From the NCBI RefSeq assembly GCF_009914755.1, contig NC_060944.1: DNA of 64,000 nt; one strand, given 5' to 3'. Origin of the DNA: the human T2T-CHM13v2.0 reference genome, Homo sapiens. Made by a program: the position numbers and the translations under genes. Shown piece by piece: positions 59,790 through 64,000 of this stretch. Each line of letters begins with the position of its first letter. The first letter of the stretch is position 1. Below the pieces are notes generated by a model, which had not been told where the DNA came from, searched no databases, and was given only the letters and a program-made list of their open reading frames with translations.

Positions 59790-61050
59790 CTCCGTGCGGG
59801 ACCGGGGGTGGGGATTCTAAACAATGGGGAGAGTAGAGAGCGCCCTCTCCCCAGCAGGCTGTTCGAAGGCCCCATGCAAGGCGCTTGGACCCTCCCCTCT
59901 AAATGCCAGCGCCTTCCAATGCAGCAGCCGCTGGTGGTCGCTGTGGAGGACAGGGCCGGGCCTACCGGGAGGCCATTGATCAATGGGGCCGCTCCCGTTC
60001 CATCCTTGCTTCCGGGTGCAGCTCTCGCCTGTTGCAAGATTACGCTTCTGCTTGGGTTCTTTGTTTGATTTTTATTGACTTTGTCCCTTCTTTTGTGTTG
60101 TGGCATCACCTTGTATCTTCCGTTGCTGCGGTAACAAGTCACCGTAAACTTAGCCGTTTCAAACAACAGGGCCTTGTTATCTCACAGTGCTGTAGCCAGG
60201 AGTCCAGGTGGGCGCAGGGAGGTCCCAGCCTGGTGCCTCACAAGGTTGAGCGGGCAGTGTCGGCGGGGCGGAGCTGCTTCCTGTAGGCTCTGAAGCAGAA
60301 CCCTGCCCCGCTCACTTGGTGGTCGGCTGAATCCAGTTCCTTGGGCTTACAGGGCTGAGGTTCCCAATCCTCGATGGCCGTGAGCCCCGGCTGTTCTGCG
60401 CTCCTGGGGCCTGCCGCGTTTCTGCCTGAACTCTCCACACTGCCCCTCCAGCAACAGCAGGTCAAGCCCTCCTCACGCTTCGAATCCCTCCGCCTGCAGC
60501 TGGAGAATGTTTTCTGCTTTTAAGGGCTCATGGGATTAGACTGGGCCACCCAGATAACCCAGGATCATCCTTTCTTGTATTGTCAAGAACCCTAATCACA
60601 TCTGCGAAGTCCCCTGTGCCACTAGTAGGGTAACACAGTCATGGTTCTGGGGATTAGGGGGTGGCATCCCGAGGGGGCCGTTCTGCTCACCACAAACCGC
60701 CCTATATAGCACAGGGTGGCCATCCCTAGTGGGCTGCTAGATGGATCTTGCCCTGTGGGCACACTCCTGCCACGCCAGGCTAGGACGAAGGTCCCTCCAG
60801 GCCCCAGCAGACTCCCTGTGCGCCTGGCCTTGGAGTGCGTGTCCCGCGTGTGTCCTGTGCCGGTTCCCGCCTTGCCTCCTTACCGACGCGCCTCCCTTCT
60901 GGCCTCCAATCCCCACGGCGGCACTGTGGCCGCAAACGGGTCCACCAGGTAACCTCGTGGTTTTTCTTTTCAATGCACAAGTAAAATGTCTCCCCACCGT
61001 CTCATCAATCTGAGGGACAGGAGTAATCAACACAGAACTGTGCTGCAGGT
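59790..61050. promoter_or_regulatory. CpG-enriched patch (weak or orphan CpG-island-like)
   Basis: About 55 CpGs in ~1.2 kb by hand count, visibly above the window background; GC boxes present. Confidence 0.4.
60112..60694 (-). mobile_element. MLT1E-like MaLR solo LTR, unusually CpG-rich
   Basis: tgtatc..gctgcggtaacaa..aaacttag..ttaagggctcatgggattagactgggccacccagataa..taatcacatctgc..ccaca. Confidence 0.8.
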
Positions 61051-62838
61051 AAGGCCGGGGTCTGGGCCCCAGGATGCCCGTTTATCCCTAGCCCACACTC
61101 AGGGCTATTGTGGGATAAAAAGAGAAGGGAACTGAATGGGGGAGGTGAAGGGAAGGAGAGGAGTCTGGTCGGAGGGGCAGAGGTTGATCCCTCCTGACAT
61201 GGTGTTAGGGGTGCACTGGGGCCTAGAAAGTGCCCTTGCAAATGCACTGTGGGACAGGAACACTCTGGGGGGTGGTGTGTGTTGGGATGTGCAAGTGTGC
61301 AGGGGTGGGGTGTGTCCAGGAGTGCCGGGAAGCAGCAGCTGCAGTGAGGGCCCATTTCCTGCACTGTCGTGTTGGAGGGGGCACGGGACAGCCCGCCTGA
61401 GCTGGCTACCCCAGCGAGTTAGTGGAATCCCTTCTTTGATTGTGTTTGTTGGCTTCACCTGTTCATGGGCTCCTGGCTGAGAGAGGACACACCTAGGATA
61501 TTCACAAGCCCCAGAGCACTTCTGAACACCTGTGAGAGATGCTCAAGGGATGAATGCTTGGGCCTTTAGGGTACCTTGAGCTGGAGATGGGGCTGGGGGC
61601 AGATGCCATAATGGTCTTCTGCTCCCTTCTAGGTACAGCCAATTAATGACAACACTTGTTCCTGCAGAACAGATCCAGCTTCATGATCTTTTAGAAGAGA
61701 GTTCTAAAATCAAATCCTTTACCTCCCAGCCTGATTACTCTTCAGTCAACAGAAACTTACCAAGCACCTTTTTTGTGTGTGCCAGGCACTGTTCCAGGCA
61801 CTGGGATAGTGTGAGATCCCTTTCTCCCACCCCACACCCCACAGGACAGAGGTTCTTGACCCCCACCTACACATCAGAATCCACCAGGAAGCTTTACAAA
61901 ATTCCCGGAGAGATTCTGATGTCATTGATCTTGGGAGTACAGCTTGTTAAAAGCTGCCCAGTTGATTTGAATGTTCAGCTAAATTTGAAACTGCTACACC
62001 CCAGGACATCTGATTAATTACACCCACAGCCTTCAAACCCAGCCCAGTTCCACTTAAAAAGTTTTTCAAAGATGCATAGAGCATGACTGAGGATTCTAGA
62101 TAGGAAAAGGAGAAATTTTAGGCTATTAAAGTGCCTATTACAATTACACTTTAACATCGATATAGAGAAGCTTTGTCATTAAAACAGTTTTTTAAGGTTA
62201 TTGTGTGAATGAGAACACTAAAATCGAAAATTTAAAAATACCTGCTGTTCCCTGCCATCCTCCTGGAAAACTTCCAAGCAGCCCCAAGTGTCTGTAAAGA
62301 CTCCTTTGTGAAATGTCTATTCAGATGAGCCGCCGGGTCCCTATTGTAAAGCCAAACTGTTCCTGTTTTTCCTGCTGTTGTCACTGTCGCTCTGGCCCAT
62401 GCAACACCACCCCCCGACCGACAGGGAGGGCAGGAGCCACAGCCCGGGCAACTCCTCGAGGGGAGGGATCTTTGTTTTGTTCACTGAGGTAGTCCCAAGA
62501 CCCACTGCAGGATGAGCGCTTGGCAGGTGTTCCTTGTGAGTGAAGATCTCTAACAGTCAGCGGATACAGTAGGTGTGCTGCACCCTCACACCTCTTGCTC
62601 CTGCCAGCATTGCTAATGAATCAATCACGACCATCCTTCCCTTAAGCCTGGATGCAGTCCTGTAGCTCTCAACCCCACAATCCAGGGACCAGCAAAGGCA
62701 TCACACAAATTCAGATGATGTCCTTCTATTTCCAACCCACATCCAGTCTGACCTACAGTCAGAATTCTCTCCTCCCTTCCTTTCTTCATTCATTCATCCC
62801 TCCCTCACTAAGGGCACACAGCTAGCAGGCCATTAGAT

Positions 62839-63571
62839 CAGCAGTCCCCAACCTTTTTGGCACCAGGGAACAGTCTCCTGAAAGACAATTTTTCCATAGA
62901 CAGTGGGAAGTGGGGTAAGGGGGATGCAGGGGTGGTTTTGGGATGAAACGGCTCCACCTCAGATCATCAGGCATTAGATTCTCATAAGGAGTACACAACC
63001 TAGATCCCTTGTGTCACACGTGTCCTGTGAAGAGACAACCAAACAGGCTTTGTGTGAGCAATAAAGCTTTTTTAATCACCTGGGTGCAGGCAGGCTGAGT
63101 CCGAAAAGAGAGTCAGCGAAGGGAGATAGGGGTGGGGCCGTTTTATAGGATTTGAGTAGGTAGTGGAAAATTACAGTCAAAGAGGGTTGTTCTCTGGTGG
63201 GCAGGGGCGGGGCGGGGGCGGGGGGTCACAAGGTGCTCAGTGGGGGGCTTCTGAGCCAGGAGAAGGAATTTCACAAGGTAGTGTCATCAGTTAAGGCAGG
63301 AACTGGCCATTTTCACTTCTTCTGTGATTCTTCACTAGCTTCAGGCCATCTGGATGTATACGTGCAGATCACAGGGGATATGATGGCTTAGCTTGGGCTC
63401 AGAGGCCTGATAACTTGCACGTGCAGTTCACAGCAGTGTTCACGCTTCCGTGAGAATCTAATGCCACTGCTGATCTAATAGGAGGCCGAGCCCAGGCGGT
63501 AATGCTCACTCATCTCCAGCTGTGTGTCCCGTTTCCTAACCCCCACACGGCCTGGGGGTTGGGGACCCCTG
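62839..63571. mobile_element. MER1B (hAT-Charlie) split by the LTR7 insertion
   Basis: cagcagtccccaacctttttggcaccaggg..cagatcatcaggcattagattctcataagg..gagaatctaatgcc..ggttggggacccctg. Confidence 0.9.
63012..63412 (-). mobile_element. Solo HERV-H LTR (LTR7 family, LTR7B-like)
   Basis: gtgaagagacaaccaaacaggctttgtgtgagc..ggctgagtccgaaaagagagtcagcgaaggg..gatggcttagcttgggctcagaggcctga; TSD ccttg/acttg; TATAAAA on the minus strand at 63147-63141. Confidence 0.93.
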
Positions 63572-63629
63572 GGTTAGATCACATACAGCTTTGTAGACCA
63601 TCTAAAGACATTTACTTTTACCTGAGTGG

Positions 63630-64000
63630 TGTGGAGATACACAAAGACCAACCAAAGGAGAACAAGCTAAGGCAATTTATTCAGAGCTTGCTATAGCTAG
63701 GGGATCACCACCATCACATTGGTTTGGCAGAGACTCAAAGGCAGGCAGGGGAGTGGAGACAAGGGAAAGCTTCACGTGTGCCCTGATTGGAGGCTGTGCG
63801 CACAAGGAAGCTGAGACAGCTAACTAGAAGGCCATGCGTCTCCTGTGATTGACTAGGGATGCGTATTTGGCTTTCTCTGGTTGGTCCTAAGTTGCAACTG
63901 GGGACAGAAATTAGGGAAGCTGTCGGCTATTAGTCAAGTCCTAAAATCAGTTGGGGACTGATTGTTACCTGGGTTATTGTTTGACTTCCTAGATTATCTG
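63630..64000 (-). mobile_element. MER31/MER67-like ERV1 LTR, running off the window end
   Basis: tttattcagagcttgctatagc..ttggcagagactcaaaggcaggca..gccctgattggaggctg..tctggttggtcctaagttg. Confidence 0.6.

Noticed and set aside
59462-60166. 234-aa minus-strand ORF, the longest in the window
   Set aside because: Begins in MLT1E and ends in MER53; GC-rich and stop-poor; no recognisable domain.

Overview
Human-like (catarrhine primate) non-coding genomic DNA, either intergenic or deep intronic. It is rich in Alu, MIR, L2, old L1, MaLR/ERVL LTRs and hAT MITEs. I can support no intact protein-coding gene, RNA gene or CRISPR array. The only host-gene-derived sequence is a 5'-truncated retrocopy of the PIEZO1 3' end (C-terminal ~73 codons, 3'UTR and decayed poly-A; minus strand, ~50507-51003). 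Other notable items: a decayed ERVL-class pro/pol fragment with an LTR16A-like LTR (~29390-31302); a solo HERV-H LTR7-family element inside MER1B (63012-63412); a CpG-enriched ~1.2 kb patch with promoter-like and splice-like signals (~59790-61050); and an unexplained 55-bp inverted repeat (51/55 identical, TTAA at both outer ends) at 44638-44692 / 45352-45406. I found no convincing new biological system; the inverted repeat and the LTR7/CpG-patch/retrocopy neighbourhood are the best leads. Repeat family names and the PIEZO1 comparison come from recalled sequences, not a search, and boundaries of old repeats are approximate.
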